Of a stretch of DNA of 64,000 nucleotides, positions 23,484 to 33,492 are shown piece by piece. The position numbers and the translations under genes are program-made. A model generated the notes under the pieces. The model was not told the origin of the DNA, ran no database searches, and worked only from the letters and a program-made list of their open reading frames with translations. This DNA comes from an uncultured delta proteobacterium (lineage in GTDB: Bacteria > Myxococcota > Kuafuiibacteriia > Kuafuiibacteriales > Kuafuiibacteriaceae). Numbering within the stretch: the first letter of the stretch is position 1; every line of letters begins with the position of its first letter. The stretch lies in NCBI GenBank assembly GCA_963803435.1, contig CAWDML010000014.1, positions 32,001 through 96,000 on the forward strand, in the 5' to 3' direction.

Positions 23484-24715
23484 GCTGGCTGAGAGGAGAT
23501 CTCTCCACCACCGGCCGTATCGTCAGCGCAGTCGCTCCTGCGCTTCTGCTCGGCTCGTACTTTCTGGTCGGCGCGGTGATCTATCTCGTCCGCCTCCCCT
23601 TCAAGGGTCACTTCGAAGACGCCGAGATCCGCGCGCGCGGCGCCAGCGCCCTGATCGGCATGGGGGCACGGTCGTACTTCGCCTGGGTGATGCGCCCGGT
23701 CTGGCGCATGTTCGAGCGCTTCCAGATCCCGCCGAACGCCGTCACCACGCTCTCGGTCTTGCTCGCCGCCGCCGCCGGGGTCTCGATCGCCGTCGGCCGG
23801 TTCTCCCTGGGCGGCTGGCTCTACCTGTTCGCCGGCGCCTGCGACTTCATCGACGGCCGCCTCGCCCGCATGACCAACCGCGCCAGCCCGGCCGGCGCCG
23901 CCCTCGACTCGACGCTCGATCGCTACGCCGAGTCCGCGGTCCTCGTCGGCCTGGCCTGGTACTACCGGGACAGCTGGGTGCTCCTCGCCGTCCTCGCCGC
24001 GCTGGTCGGCTCGTTCCTCGTCCCGTACATCCGCGCCCGCGGTGAAGGCCTCGGCGTGCAGATGAAGGACATCGGCCTGATGCAGCGGCCCGAGCGCCTC
24101 GTCATCCTCGGCATCGCCGTCGCGTTCAGCCCCATCATCGAGGCCGTCCTGCTCCCCAACGACCACAAGCCGATCCACCGCCTGGCGGTCCTCGCCATCT
24201 GCATCCTCGCCGCCACCACGCAGCTCACGGCGCTCCGCCGGCTGGCGCACGTGATGGAGGTGCTCGATCCCAAGGCCGCCGCTAAGTGGAAGAAGGCCAC
24301 CGGGAAGGGCGGCCTGATCCGCAACCTGATCTCCGCGGGCACCGCCACCGGCGTCGACTTCATGATCGTGCTGATCCTGGTCCAGCTCGCCGGCGGCGAT
24401 CCGCGCCTGGCCACCGCCGCCGGCTGCATCATCGGCGGCATCGTGAACTTCTCGATGAACCGGGTCTGGACCTTCGGGAGCCAGGCCCCGGCGCTCGGTC
24501 AGGCCTGGCGGTACGTCTTCGTGAGCGCCTCCAGCGCGCTCTTGAACAGCGGCGGCGTCGCCGTCCTCCTGTTCCTCCCCGGGCTCGACTATCGGATCGG
24601 CTGGGTGATCGTGCGCGTCGCGGTGTTCCTCGCCTGGAACTACCCGCTCCACCGGGACTACGTGTTCACGGACGCGGACGACGATCTCGACTCCGCCGAG
24701 TCCTTGCCGATCTGA
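23468..24715 (+). CDS. CDP-alcohol phosphatidyltransferase (PI/PIP synthase-like) fused to a GtrA domain
   Basis: Signature 'DFIDGRLARMTNRASPAGAALDSTLDRY', 'PNAVT', 'GLMQRPER'; C-terminal GtrA-like 'ATGVDF...NFSMNRVWTF...WNYPLHRDYVF'. Confidence 0.88.
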   Translation: MSDVMSWLRGDLSTTGRIVSAVAPALLLGSYFLVGAVIYLVRLPFKGHFEDAEIRARGASALIGMGARSYFAWVMRPVWRMFERFQIPPNAVTTLSVLLAAAAGVSIAVGRFSLGGWLYLFAGACDFIDGRLARMTNRASPAGAALDSTLDRYAESAVLVGLAWYYRDSWVLLAVLAALVGSFLVPYIRARGEGLGVQMKDIGLMQRPERLVILGIAVAFSPIIEAVLLPNDHKPIHRLAVLAICILAATTQLTALRRLAHVMEVLDPKAAAKWKKATGKGGLIRNLISAGTATGVDFMIVLILVQLAGGDPRLATAAGCIIGGIVNFSMNRVWTFGSQAPALGQAWRYVFVSASSALLNSGGVAVLLFLPGLDYRIGWVIVRVAVFLAWNYPLHRDYVFTDADDDLDSAESLPI

Positions 24716-25719
24716 ACCAGCATCTCGGGTGGCGTGTTGAACACGGCCGTCTTCTTCTGGCGGCCGCGCCAGCCGTCGATGGGTGCGATCGACTGCACGC
24801 ACGACACCGTGCAGTAGGGAGCGCAGCTCTTCTCGGTCTCGAACTCGTGCCGGATGTGGTCCTTCGTGTACTCGAGCAGCGGGATCGCAGGCGACCCGCG
24901 CTGCTGCGAGCAGTAGTGCACCAGGCCGTCCTCGCAGATGTAGAGGTAGCGGGCGCCGGCGCGACACTTCCAGTCGTTGGGGCGGCCGTTGACCAGGTTG
25001 TCCTTGAACTTCACCAGCGGCCCGAACGAGAGGCTGTTCTGGCGCAGCTCGTCGTAGACGGCGCGCTCGTCGTCGGGCAGCGCTTGAAGCTGTCCGTTGC
25101 CGTCGTGGATGATCCCGACGGTGCTGGAGAAGCCGAGGTCGATCGCCCGCTTCGAGACCTCGAGCGCGTCCCGCGAGTTCTTGATCCCGCCGCCGACCAC
25201 CGAGTTGATGTTGACGTCGAAGTCGGCGTGCTGGGCCAGGAGCACCAGCCGCTTGTCGAGCACCTTGAGGCTCTTCTTCGAGACGTCGTCCGGCATCACG
25301 TTGTCGACGCTGATCTGCAGTCGATCGAGCCCGGCCTCGTTGAGGCGGGCGATGCGAGCCTCGCTGAGGAAGTAGCCGTTGGTGAGGAGCTCGGCGAAGA
25401 TCCCGTGGCTCTTGATGTGCCGGTACAGGTCGTCGAGGTCCGGGTGGAGCATCGGCTCGCCCCCGCTGAAGCTGATGATGCGCGCGCCCAGCGTGGCCAG
25501 GTGGTCGATCCGCGCCTTCATCACGTCGGTCGGGACGGGATCCGAGTGGTCGTCGTACTCGTTGCAGTAGGTGCAGGCGAGGTTGCAGCGGCGGCACGGG
25601 ATCATCTGGACCAGGATGGGAAAGTCGGTCCCCAGCAGCCCTTTGGCCCCCGCCATCGCCAGGCGGAGGCGCGCCCGCTTGCGCTTCTTCAGACGTTCGC
25701 GGCTCGGTGTCGCGTCCAC
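24658..25719 (-). CDS. Radical SAM protein with Cys-rich C-terminal (SPASM/twitch-like) region
   Basis: 'CNLACTYC', 'SGGEPMLH', 'LTNG', 'CRAG', 'CAPYCTVSC'. Confidence 0.9.
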   Translation of the reverse strand: MDATPSRERLKKRKRARLRLAMAGAKGLLGTDFPILVQMIPCRRCNLACTYCNEYDDHSDPVPTDVMKARIDHLATLGARIISFSGGEPMLHPDLDDLYRHIKSHGIFAELLTNGYFLSEARIARLNEAGLDRLQISVDNVMPDDVSKKSLKVLDKRLVLLAQHADFDVNINSVVGGGIKNSRDALEVSKRAIDLGFSSTVGIIHDGNGQLQALPDDERAVYDELRQNSLSFGPLVKFKDNLVNGRPNDWKCRAGARYLYICEDGLVHYCSQQRGSPAIPLLEYTKDHIRHEFETEKSCAPYCTVSCVQSIAPIDGWRGRQKKTAVFNTPPEMLVQIGKDSAESRSSSASVNT

Positions 25720-25759
25720 GAGGATCCCTTGTCACCCTTTCCCGAGCCTCGGCAAGGCT

Positions 25760-26695
25760 TCACTCGTCCGTGATGGTGACCTCGAGGATACCGGGGACTT
25801 TTGCCGTGCTCCCCCGCTCCTCCAGTGTGGCGCGCAGCTCGTACGTCACCGGGTTGCCGATGATCGCCTTCGCCATCGACCCGAGGACACCGTTGCTCTC
25901 GAGGGGCGCGTTGCGACGGATCAACGGCCCCGAGGTGATCCGCCACTCCCCGCCTTCGCCGGCGAACCGGACGCGGAAGGCCTGGCCGCTCCGCTGCACC
26001 ATCAGCCGTTGGACCTCGACCTTGCGCCCCTTCTGATCCCGGTACCAGCCCGAGATCTCGGACTTCGGCGACTGCCGGATCACGGCCACGCGCGAGTCGC
26101 CGCCCTTGAGCGATCGAAACCGCACCCAACCCTTGGCGAGATCACCGGGGAGGATCTTCGATCGGGGATGATCCGCGTAGCCGAAGCCAGTAAGACGCTC
26201 GGTCTTGCCGTCCTTCTCGAGGATGAGCTCGGCCTTGGCCCACGGCACCAGCAGATCGAGCTGGTAGAAGTCGTCCTTCGCGCGGACCGAGAGGGCGCTC
26301 TCCCGCGACTTCCGGGTGTCCGCGTAGAGCGTCAGTCGAGCGTTGATGCCGTCGAGCGGGATCGTCATGACCAGCGCCTCGCCGGCCCTCGCCTCGCACG
26401 GTCCGATCTTCAACCGCTCGGGCTCCGAGACTCGCTGATCGCGCTCGACGATCGTGTGCGCCGTCAGCACTTGCCCGGACGGGCGCGACACGAACAGCTC
26501 GCAGGCGCCCTTACCATCGCCGGGCCCGACGTTGCTCACGCCGAAGAGCAGCTTGGCGTAGGTGCCGTCGGACAGATCCGCGATCGCCACCACTTGCTCG
26601 GTGTACTTCTCGTCGCCGAGCTCTTCGAGCTCGAGGGGCCCCTTCGCGAAGGCCGCGTTCGGAAGCGACAGGAGGAGGATGAGCGCGAGTCTCAT
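25760..26695 (-). CDS. Hypothetical secreted beta-rich protein
   Basis: Signal peptide 'MRLALILLLSLPNAAFA'; 'GFGYADH' motif; good codon usage. Confidence 0.65.
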   Translation of the reverse strand: MRLALILLLSLPNAAFAKGPLELEELGDEKYTEQVVAIADLSDGTYAKLLFGVSNVGPGDGKGACELFVSRPSGQVLTAHTIVERDQRVSEPERLKIGPCEARAGEALVMTIPLDGINARLTLYADTRKSRESALSVRAKDDFYQLDLLVPWAKAELILEKDGKTERLTGFGYADHPRSKILPGDLAKGWVRFRSLKGGDSRVAVIRQSPKSEISGWYRDQKGRKVEVQRLMVQRSGQAFRVRFAGEGGEWRITSGPLIRRNAPLESNGVLGSMAKAIIGNPVTYELRATLEERGSTAKVPGILEVTITDE

Positions 26696-26705
26696 GGCGC
26701 GGAGG

Positions 26706-27881
26706 TTAGATGAACGCGCGGGCAGCGGCGAGAAGTCCTGCCGCCATCAACCCCGCGGCGACGTCGTCGAGCATCACACCGGCCGGGTTCTTCATGCGAC
26801 GGTCGATGATCCCCACGGGGAACGGCTTCCAGATGTCGAAGATCCGGAACAGAACGAAGCCGGCCGCCACCCACGGCCACTCCCACGGCACCACCGCGAA
26901 CGCCAAGAGGACACCGATGTGCTCGTCGAGGACGACCTCCTTCGGATCGAGATCGCCCGTCTTCCCCGCCATGTACCAGTATGCGACGCCGATCGACGCC
27001 AGCGTGCCCGCCGCCAGGATCAAGGCCCGCAGCGTCGGGTCGACCGACGACAAGAGCCAGCCCACCGGGATCGCGGTCACAGCCCCGGCGGTGCCCGAAC
27101 CCTTGGGTGCGTAGCCGGCGCCGAAGCAAGTGGCGAGATCGGCGGCGGCCCGCCCGGGGACAGCGGCTCGGATGCGCGCCAAGCTCGCCGATGAGCGCGC
27201 CCACAAGAGCACGAACGCCAGCACGGCGGCGACCGCGAGCGGGCCCTGAGGGCGGAGCGCGGCGCCGGCCAAAAAGGCGCTCGCCAGCGTGAGGAGCCCG
27301 AGGAGGGAGCCGATCCAGGCGGCCAGGATCGCGAGCCCCACCGCCGCCGCCAGCGCCTGGAGGTCATCCGGCGAGGCTCCTCGCGCGATCGCCACCGAGA
27401 ACGCGCCCGAGGCGAGACACCAGAAGATCCACGGAGACCAGCGATCGAGCGGGTGCACCTCCGCGGTCCGCGCGACCGTCGGACCGATCAGGATCCCCGC
27501 GAGCGATCCGAGGAGGAGCGGGAGCGACATCTCGAGCAGCAGCTGGCGATAGAGGAGCGCCGTGACGGCGCAGGCGGCGGCGAACGCGATCACAGGCCGG
27601 AGGGCGCCCTCGTCTCGTCCGATCCGATCCGCGATCACCCACGCCGCCCCCGCGGCCGGAGCGAGCGACGCGCCGGCCGCCACCGCCAGCAGCGCGCCCA
27701 GCCCCGCCGCGGCCGCCGCCATCAGCGCGCGGGACAGCGAGCGATCGAGGAGCAGCGAGACGACTGGAGCGATCAACACCACCAGCGCCTCGAGCGGCGG
27801 CGGACGTCCCAGCCGCCAGCCGATCGCGAGGGCCGCGAGGGCCGCGATCAGCGCCGAGAGTCTGAGGACCTTCGTGATCAC
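26706..27881 (-). CDS. pgpA: Polytopic membrane protein fused to a C-terminal phosphatidylglycerophosphatase A domain
   Basis: C-terminal 'GAGYAPKGSGTAG', 'DPKEVVLDE', 'FRIFDIWKPFP', 'GVMLDD'; about 240 extra hydrophobic residues at the N-terminus. Confidence 0.85.
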   Translation of the reverse strand: MITKVLRLSALIAALAALAIGWRLGRPPPLEALVVLIAPVVSLLLDRSLSRALMAAAAAGLGALLAVAAGASLAPAAGAAWVIADRIGRDEGALRPVIAFAAACAVTALLYRQLLLEMSLPLLLGSLAGILIGPTVARTAEVHPLDRWSPWIFWCLASGAFSVAIARGASPDDLQALAAAVGLAILAAWIGSLLGLLTLASAFLAGAALRPQGPLAVAAVLAFVLLWARSSASLARIRAAVPGRAAADLATCFGAGYAPKGSGTAGAVTAIPVGWLLSSVDPTLRALILAAGTLASIGVAYWYMAGKTGDLDPKEVVLDEHIGVLLAFAVVPWEWPWVAAGFVLFRIFDIWKPFPVGIIDRRMKNPAGVMLDDVAAGLMAAGLLAAARAFI

Positions 27882-27883
27882 AC

Positions 27884-28585
27884 TCAGTCGGTGATGTCCG
27901 GCAGGACCTTCCTACCTTGCGAGAGCCGCCACAACATCAAGACGGCGGCGCCTCCGACAGCGAAGGCGACCAGATAGACCCGCGGGATCATCAGCTTCTC
28001 TCCGAGCCACGCGTAGACGTACATGCGCGGGAAGCGTCCGATCGCGGTGGCGATCATGAAGTTTCGCGTCCGGTACTTGCGCAGGATCGCGAGGCAGCGG
28101 CAGACCCAGAACGGGAACGGCGTGGCGGCGCAGACGACGATGGTCGCGAAGGGATACTTGGCGAAGTACGCCATCCCCTTCTGCGTCCACCGATTGGTGC
28201 GCAGCTTCTCGAGCTTCTTGAAGGAGAGTATCCACTGGTAGATGTGCCAGTTGAGGTACTCCATGTACATGTAGACGACGAGCGAGACGAGCGCGACGTC
28301 GATCGCAGGATGGTACTTGGCGGCCTCCCACATGACGGGCTCGAAGGCCGTGGGAAGGATCGGTCCGAGCGGTCCGTTGGCTGGCAAGCCCACCACCGCG
28401 AGCCACACCAGCGCAGAATAGTCGGGGAAGTAGAGCGCGATCGGGATGAGCACCAAGCCCGCAGCCGCCGTCCCGCGAATGAAGATGTCCCACCGTCGAT
28501 CTCCGCGCGGCCGCACCAGCGCGCGCAGGACACCCGAGATCGTCCATCGGGGCGCGACGGCGGCCGTGTTCTGGTCGGTGGTCAT
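27884..28585 (-). CDS. DedA/VTT (SNARE-associated) family membrane protein
   Basis: 'AATPFPF' and 'FMIATAIGRFPRMY' DedA motif; ATG 28585 chosen. Confidence 0.8.
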   Translation of the reverse strand: MTTDQNTAAVAPRWTISGVLRALVRPRGDRRWDIFIRGTAAAGLVLIPIALYFPDYSALVWLAVVGLPANGPLGPILPTAFEPVMWEAAKYHPAIDVALVSLVVYMYMEYLNWHIYQWILSFKKLEKLRTNRWTQKGMAYFAKYPFATIVVCAATPFPFWVCRCLAILRKYRTRNFMIATAIGRFPRMYVYAWLGEKLMIPRVYLVAFAVGGAAVLMLWRLSQGRKVLPDITD

Positions 28586-28721
28586 TCTCTCGACGCCTAC
28601 ACGCACCCCACCGAACGAGCAACCCATTCGTCCGTGACGGTCCCCCCGGCTGGACATAACCGGGTTTCCGACGACGGGCCCTGACCTCGAGCGTGACCGC
28701 GCTTTCTGCGTCGCACGGTTC

Positions 28722-29255
28722 TCACTCGCGAAACGCGAGACCCACGCCGACGCCACCGGCGCCGAGATCGACCGGCGCCACCGACCAGACCCCGCCGCGC
28801 GGGCCGTCGAGGATCTGCATCCGCCGCAGCGCGCGGTGGGACTGGAGCAGGTTGATCACGCCGAGCACCAGGTTCCATCCGCCGAGGAGCGCGGTAGCCA
28901 CGCCATAGGCGGCGACCCAGGGATCGCTGCGGCCGGTGAGACCGCTGGCGATCGAGAGCGCGCCGAACGTGAGCTGAGCGCCGCCGGTCACCGTTCCCGC
29001 GATCGCCCAGCGGGGATTGGGCAGCTCGGAGCCGACGCCCATGGTGGTCCCGACCGCGGGAAAGAGGCCTGCCACGTTCGCCAGGGTCGCGCCGGTCGCC
29101 AGCACCACCGTATCGACGCGGCCGTCGAGGACCTCTTGAGCGCCGACCTGGGTCGGGATCAGCGCGAGCGCCAGAGCCACCGCTGTGAACACCACCGTCC
29201 GTGAAGACCGAGCCCTCGCGCGCCGGCGGAAAAACGTGCGCGCCCGCATGCGCAC
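28722..29255 (-). CDS. Hypothetical exported/membrane protein
   Basis: Signal-like N-terminus, Gly-rich TM helices, C-terminal 'VAPV...GVGLAF' hairpin. Confidence 0.55.
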   Translation of the reverse strand: MRMRARTFFRRRARARSSRTVVFTAVALALALIPTQVGAQEVLDGRVDTVVLATGATLANVAGLFPAVGTTMGVGSELPNPRWAIAGTVTGGAQLTFGALSIASGLTGRSDPWVAAYGVATALLGGWNLVLGVINLLQSHRALRRMQILDGPRGGVWSVAPVDLGAGGVGVGLAFRE

Positions 29256-29339
29256 CAGGACTGCAGCGCGCGGGCCAGCCGGGCGGGACGCGGAAAACCG
29301 CGCTCGGATGTCACGAGGTGCGACGGATGGGACGCGCGG

Positions 29340-29894
29340 TCACCGGCGGAGATCGTCCGACAGCGCCTGTCGCTGCGGGCCGGTGAGCACGACTCGAACG
29401 TCGAGCGCCGGATGATCGATCCCGAACGCGACCGCGGGACGGCCCGCGAGCGCGAACTTGAGGAACTGGACCGACGACACCCGATCACCACCGACCTGCC
29501 GGGAATCGAAGGTCGCGCGCACGCGCTCGCCGCTCTCCAGCTCCGCGTAGACGTGCTGCGGAAGCGTCAGCCACTCGCGCAGCTTGACGTCGCGATGGGC
29601 CGGATCGTCGATCTCGATCAGGAGGGTGCAGCCGAGGCCGCCGTCGTCGCCGAGGATCTCGTTGTACGTGTCGAGCTCGTGCTGGATCTCCGACTCCCGC
29701 ACCATGCGCTCCACGCGGACCATCTCCTGGATCTGATAGCGGACCGTCTCGGTGGTCTCGAAGAGCAGCGTCACGTGCTCTCCCAGGTGGATCCGGCGCG
29801 GCTCCTTCTCGATGAGCACACGATCGCGGAGCTCGACGCGGACGTCCTCGTAGGTGGCGAAGTCGATGATCTCCTCACGTCTCACTCTTTTCAC
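29340..29894 (-). CDS. DUF3501 family protein
   Basis: 'RRIHLGEHVTLLFE...TVRYQIQEM.RVE', 'CTLLIE', 'SSVQFLKF'; typical rubrerythrin neighbour. Confidence 0.88.
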   Translation of the reverse strand: MKRVRREEIIDFATYEDVRVELRDRVLIEKEPRRIHLGEHVTLLFETTETVRYQIQEMVRVERMVRESEIQHELDTYNEILGDDGGLGCTLLIEIDDPAHRDVKLREWLTLPQHVYAELESGERVRATFDSRQVGGDRVSSVQFLKFALAGRPAVAFGIDHPALDVRVVLTGPQRQALSDDLRR

Positions 29895-31251
29895 GTTGCC
29901 CGTCCTCCTTCCTCTCCTCCACCGGCACGGGGAACCCGTCGTGACGGTAGGCCCGGGCCAGCACCGTCATTGGATGGAGGGCCTTCTTGCCCGCGTGCTG
30001 CTCGAACTGCAGCGCCGCCAGCGGACACTCGGTCATCCAGACGTCGGTCTCGGTGCTCTCGAGGCCGTCGAACGACTTCTGCCCGATCCGCTTCGAGCTC
30101 TCGAAGCTCTCGACCTTCATCGCGTAGGTACCGTCGTGCCCGCAGCATTCGATCACCGACTTCGGCGTGACGCCGGGGATCTTGCGCACGAGGTCGCGTC
30201 CCTTGAAGCCGATCGCCTGCGCGCGCAGGTGGCAGGGTGCGTGATAGCCGACGTCACCGGGCGTGCTCTTGAAGTCCGTGTTGAACCGGGTCTCGTTGCG
30301 GATCGACCAGAGGTGCTCCCCGGGATCCGCGACCTGGGCGGCCAGCTTTTCGGCGCGCGCGCGATCCTCGCCCTCGAGGAGGTGCGGCCACTCCTTGCGC
30401 AGCATCATGCTGCAGGTCGGGTTGATGACCAGGACCTTCGAGCCCTCGTCGACGAACGGCATCAGCACGTCGAGGCTCTTCTTCGCCTGTCTCCGGAGCG
30501 TCTCCAGGTCGCCGTGCTCCCAGGCCGGCATGCCGCAGCAGGCCAGCCCCTCGACGCAGGCGACCTCGACCGCGTTGTGCGCCATCACCTCGAGCGTGTC
30601 CTTTCCGATCTCCGGCTCGTTGTTCTGCACGTAGCAGGTCGGGAACAGCACCGTCTCGGCGGGCGGCGACGCGATCTTGCCGTTCTTCTTTGCCCACGAC
30701 TCGAAGGTCTGCTGCGCGAAGGCCGGCAGCTGCTTGTCGCGATGGATCCCGACGACCTTCTCCATGAACCAGCGGTGCGCCTTCACCTTGTTCATGGCGT
30801 TCGCCAGGCCGAGGCTCATCCGCGCCATCTTGGCGGTGCCGTCCGGGCTGGCCAGCATCCGCTCGCGCAGGCCGCTCGGCTCGTCGCGGTGCTGAACCGC
30901 GCGGTAGCGATGTACCAGCTTCGGGAAGTCGAGCTGATACTCGTGGCCGTCGCGCGGCGTGTACGGGCACTGGACCTCGCACAGCTTGCACTGGAAGCAG
31001 GCGTCCATGACCGAGCCCACGTCCCGATCCGTCAACCGCGTGACGTCGCCCTCGTATTGGTGGTCGAGCAGGTTGAACAGGTTGGGGAACGAGTCGCAGT
31101 ACTTGAAGCACATCCGGCAGCCGTGACAGACCTCGAAGACGCGGGTGACCTCGTCGTCGAGCGCGTCCGCGTCCCAGTACTTCGCCTCGCTCGGGTCGTA
31201 GCTGAGCCCTTCGGTCGGCTGATAGGAGATGTTCTTCGCTTCGTTCGTCAT
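29875..31251 (-). CDS. Fe-S oxidoreductase, GlpC/HdrD-like with CCG domains (rubrerythrin-associated)
   Basis: 'CHGCRMCFKYC', 'CFQCKLCEVQCP', 'CCGMP', 'ECCGHDG'. Confidence 0.9.
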   Translation of the reverse strand: MTNEAKNISYQPTEGLSYDPSEAKYWDADALDDEVTRVFEVCHGCRMCFKYCDSFPNLFNLLDHQYEGDVTRLTDRDVGSVMDACFQCKLCEVQCPYTPRDGHEYQLDFPKLVHRYRAVQHRDEPSGLRERMLASPDGTAKMARMSLGLANAMNKVKAHRWFMEKVVGIHRDKQLPAFAQQTFESWAKKNGKIASPPAETVLFPTCYVQNNEPEIGKDTLEVMAHNAVEVACVEGLACCGMPAWEHGDLETLRRQAKKSLDVLMPFVDEGSKVLVINPTCSMMLRKEWPHLLEGEDRARAEKLAAQVADPGEHLWSIRNETRFNTDFKSTPGDVGYHAPCHLRAQAIGFKGRDLVRKIPGVTPKSVIECCGHDGTYAMKVESFESSKRIGQKSFDGLESTETDVWMTECPLAALQFEQHAGKKALHPMTVLARAYRHDGFPVPVEERKEDGQREKSET

Positions 31252-31261
31252 GAGCACACCG

Positions 31262-31295
31262 ACGCCTTACCCCCTGGGGCGCAGGGGGCAGGCGT
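31262..31295 (-). other. Intra-operon stem-loop between rubrerythrin and the Fe-S oxidoreductase
   Basis: CCCCCTG/CAGGGGG inner stem (31270-31288) plus outer ACGCCT/AGGCGT; no U-tract. Confidence 0.55.
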
Positions 31296-31321
31296 GCGAT
31301 CTTTCGTCATCGAGGGGCGAC

Positions 31322-31741
31322 TTACTCGATCGTCCCGAGCATCTTCGCGAATCGACCCGCATGAGACTTCTCGGCCTTCGCGAGCGTCTCGAACCAGTCC
31401 GCGACCTCCTTGAATCCTTCCTCGCGCGCGGTCTTGGCCATGCCCGGGTACATGTCCGTGTACTCGTGGGTCTCGCCCGCGATCGCAGCCTTGAGGTTCA
31501 GCGTGGTGTCGCCGAGCGGCTCGCCCGTCGCCGGATCGCCGACCTCCTTCAGGTAGTCGAGATGGCCGTGCGCATGACCGGTCTCGCCCTCGGCCGTCTC
31601 ACGAAAGTTGCTCGCGATCTCGGGGTAGCCTTCGACGTCCGCCACCTTCGCGAAGTACAGGTACCGGCGGTTCGCCTGCGACTCGCCGGCGAACGCGGCC
31701 TTCAGGTTCTCGTGGGTCTTGGTTCCCTTGAGCTTTGCCAA
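31322..31741 (-). CDS. rbr: Rubrerythrin (short form, no rubredoxin domain)
   Basis: '[16 protein letters not shown]', 'ETGHA', '[11 protein letters not shown]', 'AEKSH'; GAGGAG RBS and TTG start. Confidence 0.95.
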   Translation of the reverse strand: MAKLKGTKTHENLKAAFAGESQANRRYLYFAKVADVEGYPEIASNFRETAEGETGHAHGHLDYLKEVGDPATGEPLGDTTLNLKAAIAGETHEYTDMYPGMAKTAREEGFKEVADWFETLAKAEKSHAGRFAKMLGTIE

Positions 31742-31828
31742 CTGATGATCCTCCTCTGCCCTTCCGGGCGGCCCACCGATATTTCGGTGAAGGCCTCGTG
31801 TCCAGCACTTCCGTGCGGGAGTTTGTGA

Positions 31829-31844
31829 CGCAACCCGCGTGCCA
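31829..31844 (-). promoter_or_regulatory. Sigma-54 (-24/-12) promoter of the rbr operon
   Basis: Minus strand reads TGGCACGCGGGTTGCG, matching TGGCACG-N4-TTGC; it lies next to a sigma-54 activator gene. Confidence 0.88.
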
Positions 31845-31883
31845 CCAAGTATTCCTTTGTTTCCATATAGTTACGCACAAACT

Positions 31884-31942
31884 TGCACCCGTATTTCGGT
31901 GTGCACCGATATATCGGTGGAAATTGCACCGATATGACGGTT
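31884..31942. promoter_or_regulatory. Three tandem imperfect palindromes (CACCGATATATCGGTG-like), probable enhancer sites
   Basis: tgcacccgtatttcggtg (31884), tgcaccgatatatcggtg (31902), tgcaccgatatgacggtt (31925); a fourth copy caccgatatttcggtg at 31774-31789. Confidence 0.75.
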
Positions 31943-31953
31943 AGAGTCGACCC

Positions 31954-33480
<1,527 letters not shown>

Positions 33481-33492
33481 GCGCTCGCCGCG

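Noticed and set aside
31774-31942. Short repeated palindromes as a mini-CRISPR or REP array
   Set aside because: Only about 16 bp, nearly abutting, no spacers or cas genes; position fits activator binding sites.
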